Assembly (NCBI GenBank): GCA_963667975.1
Contig: OY764079.1
Span: 3,671,866-3,735,865 of the forward strand
Length of the DNA stretch: 64,000 nucleotides
Direction of reading: 5' to 3'
DNA from: Bacteroidales bacterium
Lineage (GTDB): Bacteria > Bacteroidota > Bacteroidia > Bacteroidales > G963667975
The notes beneath the pieces are model-generated. The model saw only the letters and a program-made list of their open reading frames with translations. It ran no database searches and was not told the origin of the DNA. Shown piece by piece: positions 41,567-50,004 of the stretch (position 1 is its first letter; each line of letters opens with the position of its first letter). Position numbers and translations under genes: made by a program.

Positions 41567-42206
41567 CCCCATCCTTCATCACAATCATCCTATCCGCTTT
41601 ATATGCAAGCTGATCATTGTGAGTTACAATAACAAAGGTTTGGTTAAAATAATTCCGGAGTGTAAAAAACAGATCATGTAATTCATTTGCATTGACTGAA
41701 TCGAGATTTCCGGAAGGCTCGTCGGCCAGAATCACGGAAGGACTATTTATCAAGGCTCTGGCAACTGCCACTCTTTGCTGCTCACCACCCGATAATTGAT
41801 TGGGTTTATGATTGATTCGCTCTGCAAGTCCAAGCATTTCCAGAAGTTCTTTCGCTCGTTTTATTGCTTCCGACTTGCTGGTTTTTGCAATATAAGCCGG
41901 AATACAAACATTTTCCATTGCTGAAAACTCAGGTAGTAAATGATGAAACTGAAAAACAAAACCAATATGCTTGTTTCGAAATTGTGATAATTTATGATCT
42001 CTGAGTTTATTAACTTCAACCCCATTAATTTCAACAACTCCTTTATTGGCTTTTTCAAGTGTTCCTATAATTTGCAGAAGAGTTGTTTTTCCAGCACCTG
42101 AAGCACCAACAATCGACACAATTTCCCCTTTCTTAACCTCCAGATCAATTCCTTTTAGCACCTGAAGATCACCATATTGCTTCCATATATTTTCAGTACG
42201 GATCAT
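41556..42206 (-). CDS. ABC transporter ATP-binding protein (LolD/MacB-type ATPase).
   Basis: Walker [10 protein letters not shown]. Signature LSGGEQQRV. Walker [12 protein letters not shown]. The 3' end overlaps the GT2 gene by 11 bp, convergently. Confidence 0.85.
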   Translation of the reverse strand: MIRTENIWKQYGDLQVLKGIDLEVKKGEIVSIVGASGAGKTTLLQIIGTLEKANKGVVEINGVEVNKLRDHKLSQFRNKHIGFVFQFHHLLPEFSAMENVCIPAYIAKTSKSEAIKRAKELLEMLGLAERINHKPNQLSGGEQQRVAVARALINSPSVILADEPSGNLDSVNANELHDLFFTLRNYFNQTFVIVTHNDQLAYKADRMIVMKDGAIV

Positions 42207-42283
42207 TATTCAAATTTTCAACAAACATAGTGAAAACAAAAATTCCACAACGAAAAAAAAGACAAACCTATTATTATTTGTTC

Positions 42284-42291
42284 TACTTTTG
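42284..42291 (+). promoter_or_regulatory. -7 promoter element TAnnTTTG upstream of sucC.
   Basis: tacttttg lies 20 nt before the ATG. Confidence 0.3.
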
Positions 42292-42310
42292 AATTGATAA
42301 CACTGAAACT

Positions 42311-43501
42311 ATGAATTTACACGAATATCAGGGAAAACAAATCCTTAAACAATATGGCGTTCAGGTTCCTGAAGGAATTGTAGCCTTTAATTCCAATGAA
42401 GCAACCAAAGCTGCAAATATTATTCATGAAAATACCGGTTCAGAAAAGTTAGCCGTAAAAGCCCAAATTCATGCGGGTGGTCGTGGGAAAGGTGGGGGCG
42501 TTAAGATTGCAAAAAATCTTGACGAAGTTTATACATACGCAAACGAAATTATTGGAATGCAATTGATTACACACCAAACCGGCCCCGAAGGCAAAAAAGT
42601 TGGTAAGGTATTGATTGAACAAAACATATACTACGACGGACCTTCTCCAATTCAGGAAATCTATATGAGCATTCTTCTCAATCGAAATATTGGAAAACTT
42701 ATGGTAATGTACTCACCTCGTGGAGGGATGGACATCGAAAAAGTTGCAGAAGAAACTCCGGATCAAATATTTACAGAAATCATCGACCCTGCGGTTGGGC
42801 TGCAAGCATTTCAGGGACGTAAAATTGCATCAAACCTTGGATTGACAGGAAATGCATTTAAGGAAATGGTAAAATTTACCGATGCCTTATACCGCGCGTA
42901 TGTTGGTTCTGATGCTTCCTTGTTCGAAATTAACCCGGTTGTTAAAACTTCTGACGATAGAATATTTGCTGCAGATGCAAAAGTTGTAATTGACAATAAT
43001 GCTTTATTCCGTCATCCTTTAATTGCAGAAATGCGTGACACTAACGAAGAAGATCCGATGGAAGTTGAAGCTGGAAAATTTTCGCTCAACTATGTAAAAC
43101 TCAACGGAAATGTTGGATGTATGGTTAATGGAGCCGGATTGGCAATGGCTACAATGGATATGATTAAACAATCTGGTGGTGATCCTGCTAACTTTTTAGA
43201 TGTAGGAGGCACTGCCAATGCGAAACGAGTGGAAGAGGCATTCAGAATCATACTTCAGGATGAAAATGTAAAAGCTATTTTGGTCAACATCTTCGGAGGG
43301 ATTGTTCGCTGTGACCGTGTAGCACAAGGGATTGTGGAGGCTTACAAAAACATCGAAGAAATTAATGTTCCAATTATTGTGCGTTTGCAGGGAACAAATG
43401 CTAAGGAAGGCAAAAAACTGATTGATGAATCCGGTTTAAAAGTTTACTCAGCCATCTCATTACATGAGGCAGCAGAACTGGTCAACAAAGTTTTGGCTTA
43501 A
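42311..43501 (+). CDS. sucC: Succinyl-CoA synthetase beta subunit (ATP-grasp).
   Basis: MNLHEYQGKQILKQYGV... 396 aa. Confidence 0.9.
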   Translation: MNLHEYQGKQILKQYGVQVPEGIVAFNSNEATKAANIIHENTGSEKLAVKAQIHAGGRGKGGGVKIAKNLDEVYTYANEIIGMQLITHQTGPEGKKVGKVLIEQNIYYDGPSPIQEIYMSILLNRNIGKLMVMYSPRGGMDIEKVAEETPDQIFTEIIDPAVGLQAFQGRKIASNLGLTGNAFKEMVKFTDALYRAYVGSDASLFEINPVVKTSDDRIFAADAKVVIDNNALFRHPLIAEMRDTNEEDPMEVEAGKFSLNYVKLNGNVGCMVNGAGLAMATMDMIKQSGGDPANFLDVGGTANAKRVEEAFRIILQDENVKAILVNIFGGIVRCDRVAQGIVEAYKNIEEINVPIIVRLQGTNAKEGKKLIDESGLKVYSAISLHEAAELVNKVLA

Positions 43502-43531
43502 TTCTTTCAATTTAATTATTCTGATATTCTC

Positions 43532-43539
43532 TATTTTTG
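43532..43539 (+). promoter_or_regulatory. -7 promoter element TAnnTTTG upstream of glmM.
   Basis: tatttttg lies 17 nt before the ORF. Confidence 0.3.
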
Positions 43540-43585
43540 CAGAGATTATAACATAATGCCTAAAAAGCATAAAAACCAAAAAATC

Positions 43586-44977
43586 ATGACATTAATAAAA
43601 TCTATATCCGGGATCAGAGGAACGATCGGTGGAAATCCCGGCGAAGCCCTCACTCCTACCGACATCGTAAAATTTACGGCAGCTTTTGCAACCTTTATCC
43701 GTAAAAAAGAAAATAAAGAAAATCTCACGTTTGTAATCGGACGTGATGCCCGCATCTCTGGCGAAATGGTTAATCACATGGTTATCGGAACCTTAATGGG
43801 CATGGGCGTAAATGTTATCGATGGTGGGCTATCTACAACTCCAACCGTTGAAATGGCTGTCACCGATGCAAAAGCAGATGGCGGAATCATTTTAACTGCC
43901 AGCCATAATCCTAAACAATGGAATGCATTAAAATTACTCAACAGTAAAGGTGAATTTATCAATGCCGAAGAAGGCGCCGAAGTTTTAAAATTAGCAGAAA
44001 ATGACAGCTATCTCTTTGCAAATGTTGATAAACTCGGAAAATATAGTCAGGATGAAACCTTCATCGAAAAGCATATCAATCATATTTTAAACTTACCGTT
44101 AGTAGATGTTGAAGCTATTAAAAAAGCGAACTTCAAGGTTGTGATTGATTGCGTAAACTCTACCGGAGGCATTGCCCTTCCGGCTCTCTTTAAAGCATTA
44201 AATGTAGAGAAGGTTGTGGAGCTAAATTGCACTCCAAACGGAGTATTTCCGCATAATCCCGAACCTCTTCCCGAAAACCTTGGTGAAATTTCGGAAGCAA
44301 TGGAAAAACACAAGGCAGATGTAGGCTTTGTTGTTGACCCGGACGTTGACCGTTTGGCTATTGTTTGCGAAAACGGTGAAATGTTTGGTGAAGAATATAC
44401 ACTAGTGGCAGTTGCCGATTATATTTTGAGTAAAACTGTCGGGAATACTGTTTCCAATATGTCGTCAACCCGCGCTTTACGAGATGTTACAGAAGCGAAA
44501 GGCGCTTGCTATTCAGCATCTGCTGTTGGAGAAGTTAACGTTGTGGAAATGATGAAGGCAACCAACGCTGTTATCGGAGGAGAAGGCAATGGAGGAGTTA
44601 TTTATCCGGAACTACATTATGGTCGTGATGCATTGGTAGGAATCGCACTGTTTTTAAGCCATCTGGCTCACAGCAGCAAAAGTTGTTCAATGTTAAGAAC
44701 TAAATATCCAGCTTATTTTATTTCAAAAAACAAAATAGAACTTGCACCAGAAATGGATGTGGATATGATTCTTGAAAAAATCCGTGAAAAATATAGCCGT
44801 CAACCAGTAAATACTATTGATGGTGTAAAAATTGAATTCGACAAAGAATGGGTTCATCTGCGCAAATCGAACACCGAGCCCATTATTCGCATCTACTCCG
44901 AAAGCGATTCAATGACAAAAGCAGACCATCTCGCCAATAAAATCATTGATGATATTCGTGAGCTGGTTCGTGCTTAA
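43586..44977 (+). CDS. glmM: Phosphoglucosamine mutase.
   Basis: GIRGT, TASHNPKQWNALK (active Ser) and GGEGNGG motifs. The ORF opens at 43556 but the internal ATG at 43586 fits the family N-terminus. Confidence 0.9.
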   Translation: MTLIKSISGIRGTIGGNPGEALTPTDIVKFTAAFATFIRKKENKENLTFVIGRDARISGEMVNHMVIGTLMGMGVNVIDGGLSTTPTVEMAVTDAKADGGIILTASHNPKQWNALKLLNSKGEFINAEEGAEVLKLAENDSYLFANVDKLGKYSQDETFIEKHINHILNLPLVDVEAIKKANFKVVIDCVNSTGGIALPALFKALNVEKVVELNCTPNGVFPHNPEPLPENLGEISEAMEKHKADVGFVVDPDVDRLAIVCENGEMFGEEYTLVAVADYILSKTVGNTVSNMSSTRALRDVTEAKGACYSASAVGEVNVVEMMKATNAVIGGEGNGGVIYPELHYGRDALVGIALFLSHLAHSSKSCSMLRTKYPAYFISKNKIELAPEMDVDMILEKIREKYSRQPVNTIDGVKIEFDKEWVHLRKSNTEPIIRIYSESDSMTKADHLANKIIDDIRELVRA

Positions 44978-44996
44978 ATATATTCAAATCAAAGAG

Positions 44997-45030
44997 AAGA
45001 GGCTACTTCAAAAGGTAGCCTCTTTTCTTA
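44997..45030 (+). terminator. Rho-independent terminator after glmM.
   Basis: agaggctac-ttcaaaag-gtagcctct then tttctt. Confidence 0.6.
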
Positions 45031-45360
45031 TGCACATAATTTTTCATTTTCAAATTTGATATTTACGAAGAATATCTTTGCTTTATCAGTTTCAGATTAT
45101 GGAATATCCTTATTTTTTCGCGGCAAGAATGTTTTAGCCTCAAAGCCTTTTCCACAATATTTTCTTGCCTTTTCCCCTTAACGTTAGCGTTGGAAATCAA
45201 TAGCTTCAGTACCGGATAGATTTCATATAACGGTCAGCAATAACTAGCGACAAGATTCTTAGGCGACTGTCTGTCCACCAACGATCGAACGGAAACCGAA
45301 GACACAAATCGCTCTACCACCACGCAGATGGTTGACCACTTGTTAGGCTTTCGCGATTTT

Positions 45361-45825
45361 TTATTTATCAATCAATTCTTGAATTTCATTAAAATGTAAA
45401 TCGATATGCCAAAGATAACCATCTATCATTTGCTGTAAAGTAACTTTTGTTCCCTCATAGTCATGCCAGCAATTTTCAAGCTTAGACTGATCAACCGACT
45501 TTATAACCTGAATCATGTGCAAATTAAAATACTTCCATAGTTGAATCAAATTATTCCAATCTTCGTTTTGAAAATCCTGAAGTGTAATCCATAAGTCGTT
45601 ATCTTGCCTGTAGTCAGGAAAAATCAAATCAGAATTATATTGTAACCGTATCATACGCTGGTGATTGTTTGAAGCGGAATCAATCAAGTGACCAAGTATT
45701 TGTTTTATTGTTCGATTTTGTTTATTCCTTTTTTGCATGATTGTATCAATCGGCAAGTTGATAAGTTTCGGTTCCCATGTCTCAATCACTTTTGAGATTC
45801 CGTTTGTAATGCTTGAAAAATCCAT
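45361..45825 (-). CDS. DinB/YfiT-like (DinB_2 superfamily) four-helix-bundle protein, hypothetical.
   Basis: 154 aa. His-containing helices (ILGHLIDSASNNHQRM... HIDLHFNEI) suggest a DinB-like metal-binding fold. Confidence 0.5.
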   Translation of the reverse strand: MDFSSITNGISKVIETWEPKLINLPIDTIMQKRNKQNRTIKQILGHLIDSASNNHQRMIRLQYNSDLIFPDYRQDNDLWITLQDFQNEDWNNLIQLWKYFNLHMIQVIKSVDQSKLENCWHDYEGTKVTLQQMIDGYLWHIDLHFNEIQELIDK

Positions 45826-46007
45826 ACCAATTATAGTTTAATGTTTTTTTGCTTTTCCTGGCATGATGCCTAAACGTGTTGCGATATGGCCAGGAAGGGA
45901 TTACGGGCGATTTCCTGTTGAACCCCACCGCCGTTGTTCGTGTTGCGGACTTTATATTGTTCGCACGGAAACCTTATTTTTGTATGACTGTTGGGTACAG
46001 TGCATTT

Positions 46008-46640
46008 TTATTTCTTCATCACGATGTAAGCCAATGGAAATATACCATCAATTCTCTCCGCTTTATCAATAATCAATCCATTATTAGTCAACATGCTTTT
46101 AAAATCATTAATACTCCATTTATTAACGACTTTAAATCCACTAAATAATCCAGCAACATTTGCGATAATCGTACTTTTCATATTCTCACCAACGCAAAAT
46201 GTCGGTGCAATGAAAACCCCATTATCTTTTAATACACGCTTAACCTCTTTTATTGGTTTCTCAGGCTCATAAAGCAAATGCAGCAAATTGGACGCTATCA
46301 CAACATCAAACGATTTATCTGCAAATGTCAGGTTGTAAGAGTCCTGAACTTGAAAATCAATATTTTTGATATTAGAATCTTTCTGCTTTTGATTTGCTAT
46401 ACGAATCATTTCAGGAGAAATATCAGTCGCCACAATAGATGAAACCTTTGAGCAAATAGAAAAAGATATAATTCCTGTTCCGGTACCAATCTCAAGTAAC
46501 CTCTTACTTATATCTAACTCTAAATCAATATTTGCTAATACAGCTTCATACGTTTGGTCAACCGTATTTTTTATGAATGAATCATAATTCTTGGCAAATT
46601 TATCCCAAAACTTTTTCTCTTTATTCTGTCTATTATCCAT
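46008..46640 (-). CDS. Class I SAM-dependent methyltransferase.
   Basis: LEIGTGTGI motif I, DVVIASNLLHL motif. Confidence 0.8.
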   Translation of the reverse strand: MDNRQNKEKKFWDKFAKNYDSFIKNTVDQTYEAVLANIDLELDISKRLLEIGTGTGIISFSICSKVSSIVATDISPEMIRIANQKQKDSNIKNIDFQVQDSYNLTFADKSFDVVIASNLLHLLYEPEKPIKEVKRVLKDNGVFIAPTFCVGENMKSTIIANVAGLFSGFKVVNKWSINDFKSMLTNNGLIIDKAERIDGIFPLAYIVMKK

Positions 46641-46781
46641 ATCGTTATTGATGTGTAGTGCGTTTTTTGCATTGTACCCAACATCATTATAACCTTCTTA
46701 CCAAAGGTAACACAGACCAGCTAAATTATGAGGCTAACCGTACTTTTGGATAGTTATTATTTGTTGTAAAAATACATTTTT

Positions 46782-46860
46782 ATAACAAATCCCATCACCT
46801 TCCCACCACTCTTTACATCGCTCTCAGGATTGAGGGGGATTGAAAGGTACTTGGCAATTG
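46782..46860 (+). repeat. Direct repeat A (~80 bp) flanking the GIY-YIG cassette.
   Basis: ataacaaatccc...ccactctttacatcgctctcaggattgagg...gattgaaaggtacttg has about 85% core identity to 48084-48186. Confidence 0.5.
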
Positions 46861-47084
46861 CCCAAAGCCCAATTCTGAACACCACCATCACGGTTGCAAA
46901 ACTAACTCAACGAGGTTGTGAATCATTACTGACCCATTATTACAAAGTAAGCCCACATTACCAAAGTTCACCGCTTTTTCCCACTGTTTAACGAACCACG
47001 TAGTACGAGACCCGTACGCTACGTGGTGTGAGAGCTTCTCCCTGTCAGCGTTTGCTAATGGGGCGGGCTACTCGATTGGGTGCG

Positions 47085-47987
47085 TTATTTTTTACTTCTC
47101 AATTCGGATAGCCTTTCTCTAAATTTCTGATTAATAATATTTGAGTTTTTGCTCAAATTCAATGGTGGATTAAGTTCACTTATTAATTCGTTTTCTAATT
47201 CGTCAGGACATAAATTGCTTTTAAAATAAAGTACAAGATTAGATTGCATCCATTCGCTCAATTTAATTTCATCAGTTTCTTTAAATTTTGTTTTTCCGTT
47301 GCTCGGGTCTTTGTCTCTTGCAATTTTTGCATATCCAAACATTGAGCCGAGTGATTTTCTTAATGTTGAACTTCCAGCATTATTCCCTGTAAAATGTTGT
47401 CTGTAGTCACGCTTTCTTAAGCTTTTTCCAGCAATTCCTGTATAGATTACATTTAATTCGTGGTATGTTTTCATTGTGAAAGATACGCCTATGTCAGGCA
47501 ATTTTGAATCCTTTCTTAAGCAAACAATGTAATTACCTGGATTGTCAGGAATGCGTTCAGAATTGTGCTTTTCAGGGTCAAACAATGCAAATTCCTTTGA
47601 TGATTTTATAGTAGAATTGTGGACTACAGATTTTTCTATTTTCTGTTTAGGCAATTCTGTGTTTTGAACAGTTTTTTGTCCAATAACTTTTATTCTTCCT
47701 GAATTAATTAGTTGTTCAAAGTCCGAAGGTTGCATGTCAGTAATACCAAAGTCATCTGAACCATAAAAGCCAATTGTTCTCATTTTAGCTCTAATTCCTT
47801 TTTGTCGTGACCTGTCAGCTTTTATTCTTTCGTTAATAAGGTTTCTTAATTCCGAAATTTCAGTCTGAGTAAATGTGTCTTTTCCTTTCATTGTCGCTTT
47901 TTTTATAATGCTGTATACCCACAAAGTTGTGGATATATCGACATTAGCCGAAATGCAAATTCTATCAACAAATTGATGGTTTTTCAT
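47085..47987 (-). CDS. Hypothetical protein with C-terminal GIY-YIG-like nuclease domain. The true start may be the internal Met at 47891.
   Basis: GNYIVCL (GIY), about 27 aa later VIYTGIAG (YIG), then LRKRDYRQHF (conserved Arg/His) and downstream Glu/Asn. No recognisable family in the N-terminal ~150 aa. Confidence 0.55.
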   Translation of the reverse strand: MKNHQFVDRICISANVDISTTLWVYSIIKKATMKGKDTFTQTEISELRNLINERIKADRSRQKGIRAKMRTIGFYGSDDFGITDMQPSDFEQLINSGRIKVIGQKTVQNTELPKQKIEKSVVHNSTIKSSKEFALFDPEKHNSERIPDNPGNYIVCLRKDSKLPDIGVSFTMKTYHELNVIYTGIAGKSLRKRDYRQHFTGNNAGSSTLRKSLGSMFGYAKIARDKDPSNGKTKFKETDEIKLSEWMQSNLVLYFKSNLCPDELENELISELNPPLNLSKNSNIINQKFRERLSELRSKK

Positions 47988-48083
47988 CTATTTAATCAAG
48001 TAACTATTGATTAATTTGCATCTGCTATTTTTTAGTCAGTAAAAATAATAAAGTTCTAAACTACATGAAACTGAATGAAAAAA

Positions 48084-48186
48084 ATAACAAATCCCCTACC
48101 TCCTCTCCACTCTTTACATCGCCTCCAGGATTGAGGTGATTGAAGTGATTGAAAAAGATTGAGAAAGATTGGAAGGTACTTGCCTG
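48084..48186 (+). repeat. Direct repeat B, an expanded copy of repeat A.
   Basis: Same ataacaaatccc / ccactctttacatcgc / aggattgagg / ggtacttg core with an internal GATTGA expansion. Confidence 0.5.
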
Positions 48187-48360
48187 CCTCATCAGTCTCT
48201 TCAATCTCATCAGTCTTTTCAATCCCTTCAGTCCCTTTCGAGTAGATTGAAAAAGATTGATAGGTACTTGTCAATCTCGCCAGTCTCTTGAGTCTTTTCA
48301 GTCTTGATTGAAGTGATTGAAATTCTGACTTCTAACTCCTAACTTCTTTTCAACCTTCAC
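48100..48360. repeat. GATTGA / TCAATC hexamer-rich imperfect tandem and inverted repeat array.
   Basis: More than 12 copies of gattga(a/g) or its reverse complement in about 260 bp. Units attgaaaaagattga..ggtacttg and cagtct(c/t)tt..tcaatc recur. Confidence 0.6.
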
Positions 48361-48619
48361 CGCCCAAAAGGTCTTCGACCTCTTCGGGGGGCTTCTGTAT
48401 TCAAAATTCTAACTCCTGAATTCTTTTCACGTTTCACTCTTCACATTTCACTTTTTTCACTTCCCCACGGTACTGTCCAAAAATCTGTGGAAACTCTCTT
48501 TTTTCATTTTCAACCCAAATCAATATTTCAGAAAACTGGCTGGTTCTTTCTTTGGCTGTTTTCGCAATTAGTGCTAGCTTTGCAAAAACTTATTGTTAAA
48601 CCACTAAAACAGATGTATC

Positions 48620-49870
48620 GTGGATATATTTAACAAAATCAAATCTAACTTTGGTCCATTGGGACAATATGCTGATAAAGCTCATGGATATTATATGTTT
48701 CCAAAACTCGAAGGTGAAATCGGAAATCGCATGACATTCCGCGGTAAAGAGATGCTTATCTGGAGCTTGAACAACTACTTAGGGCTTGCAAATCTCCCTG
48801 AAGTTCGTGAAGCAGATGCTCAGGCAGCAAAAGACTGGGGCTTGGCTTATCCTATGGGTGCCCGCATGATGTCAGGACAAACCCGTTACCACGAACAACT
48901 TGAAAGAGAATTAGCCGAATTTGTTCATAAACCTGCCGCTTACCTGCTTAACTTTGGTTATCAGGGAATGGTTTCAATCATTGATAATCTGGTTGACCGT
49001 AAAGACGTGATTGTATATGATGCCGAAGCTCATGCCTGTATTATCGACGGGATGCGCTTACACATTGGCAAACGTTTTGTATATCCACACAACGACATGA
49101 CCAGCCTCGAAAAACAATTGCAACGCGCTACCAAGATTTGCAACGAAACCGGTGGTGGTATCCTTGTAATTACAGAAGGTGTGTACGGTATGAGTGGTGA
49201 TTTAGGCGATTTACGCGCTATTACTGAATTGAAAAAGAAATATAATTTCCGTCTTCTCGTTGATGATGCACACGGATTTGGAACAATGGGTCCAACCGGT
49301 GCCGGTACAGGCGAACACCTGGGTGTTCAGGACGAAATAGATGTTTACTTTGCAACATTTGCAAAAGCTATGGCCGGAATTGGTGCATTTGTTGCTGCGA
49401 ATGAAGAAGTGGTTCGCTATTTACAATACAATATGCGTTCACAGATTTTTGCAAAATCACTTCCTATGCCATTGGTTATTGGCTCGCTGAAACGTCTGGA
49501 TTTGATTCGCACCCGCCCTGAGCTGAAAGAAAAGCTGTGGTTTATCATCAATAAGCTACAAAGCGGTCTTCGCGAAAAAGGTTTTAACATAGGAAATACC
49601 CAATCACCCGTAACTCCTGTATTTCTCGAAGGCGGTGTTCCGGAAGCAACCCAAATCACCTACGATCTTCGCGAAAACTATAATATTTTCTGCTCTATCG
49701 TTTCTTATCCTGTTATTCCAAAGGGAGTTATTCTGCTTCGATTAATTCCTACAGCAGTCCATACACTGGAAGATGTTGAATATACCATCAAAGCATTTTC
49801 TGAAATCAAAGAAAAGCTTGATGCCGGCAAATACTCATCCGGAATTATGGCCGAAATGAATGTAAGTTAG
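48620..49870 (+). CDS. PLP-dependent alpha-oxoamine synthase family acyltransferase (KBL / BioF / serine-palmitoyltransferase-like).
   Basis: 416 aa. Fold-type I with Lys in ATFAKAMAG. The N-terminal extension beyond typical Kbl suggests an SPT-like enzyme. Confidence 0.85.
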   Translation: MDIFNKIKSNFGPLGQYADKAHGYYMFPKLEGEIGNRMTFRGKEMLIWSLNNYLGLANLPEVREADAQAAKDWGLAYPMGARMMSGQTRYHEQLERELAEFVHKPAAYLLNFGYQGMVSIIDNLVDRKDVIVYDAEAHACIIDGMRLHIGKRFVYPHNDMTSLEKQLQRATKICNETGGGILVITEGVYGMSGDLGDLRAITELKKKYNFRLLVDDAHGFGTMGPTGAGTGEHLGVQDEIDVYFATFAKAMAGIGAFVAANEEVVRYLQYNMRSQIFAKSLPMPLVIGSLKRLDLIRTRPELKEKLWFIINKLQSGLREKGFNIGNTQSPVTPVFLEGGVPEATQITYDLRENYNIFCSIVSYPVIPKGVILLRLIPTAVHTLEDVEYTIKAFSEIKEKLDAGKYSSGIMAEMNVS

Positions 49871-49892
49871 TATAATCTAATCATAAAGACAG

Positions 49893-49920
49893 AAACCCGG
49901 CCCTCTAAAGCCGGGTTTTT
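49893..49920 (+). terminator. Rho-independent terminator.
   Basis: aaacccggc-cctctaaa-gccgggttt then ttctttc. Confidence 0.65.
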
Positions 49921-50004
49921 CTTTCTGTACTTAAACTATAACATGTGAAAACCTGTTTATAACCAAGCAGAAACAATTTTTCAAAACTGAAATACCATAT
50001 AATT

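Noticed and set aside
42311-43501. sucC without an adjacent sucD as an anomaly.
   Set aside because: Separate sucC and sucD loci are common in this phylum. The gene appears intact.
46860-47085. tmRNA, RNase P or SRP RNA in the GC-rich segment.
   Set aside because: None of the conserved signature strings was found on either strand: tRNA-like T-loop and acceptor for tmRNA, GGAAAGUCCGG-type P4 for RNase P, and the SRP domain IV motif. It is kept only as a generic structured-RNA candidate.
48056-48274. 72-aa ORF on the minus strand inside the repeat array.
   Set aside because: The translation is a low-complexity product of the GATTGA/TCAATC repeats (EIEETDE...). The ORF is most likely spurious.
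48100-48360. The repeat array could be CRISPR.
   Set aside because: Repeat units are irregular in length and sequence, there are no uniform spacers, no cas genes, and the units are short hexamer-based. This is inconsistent with a CRISPR array.
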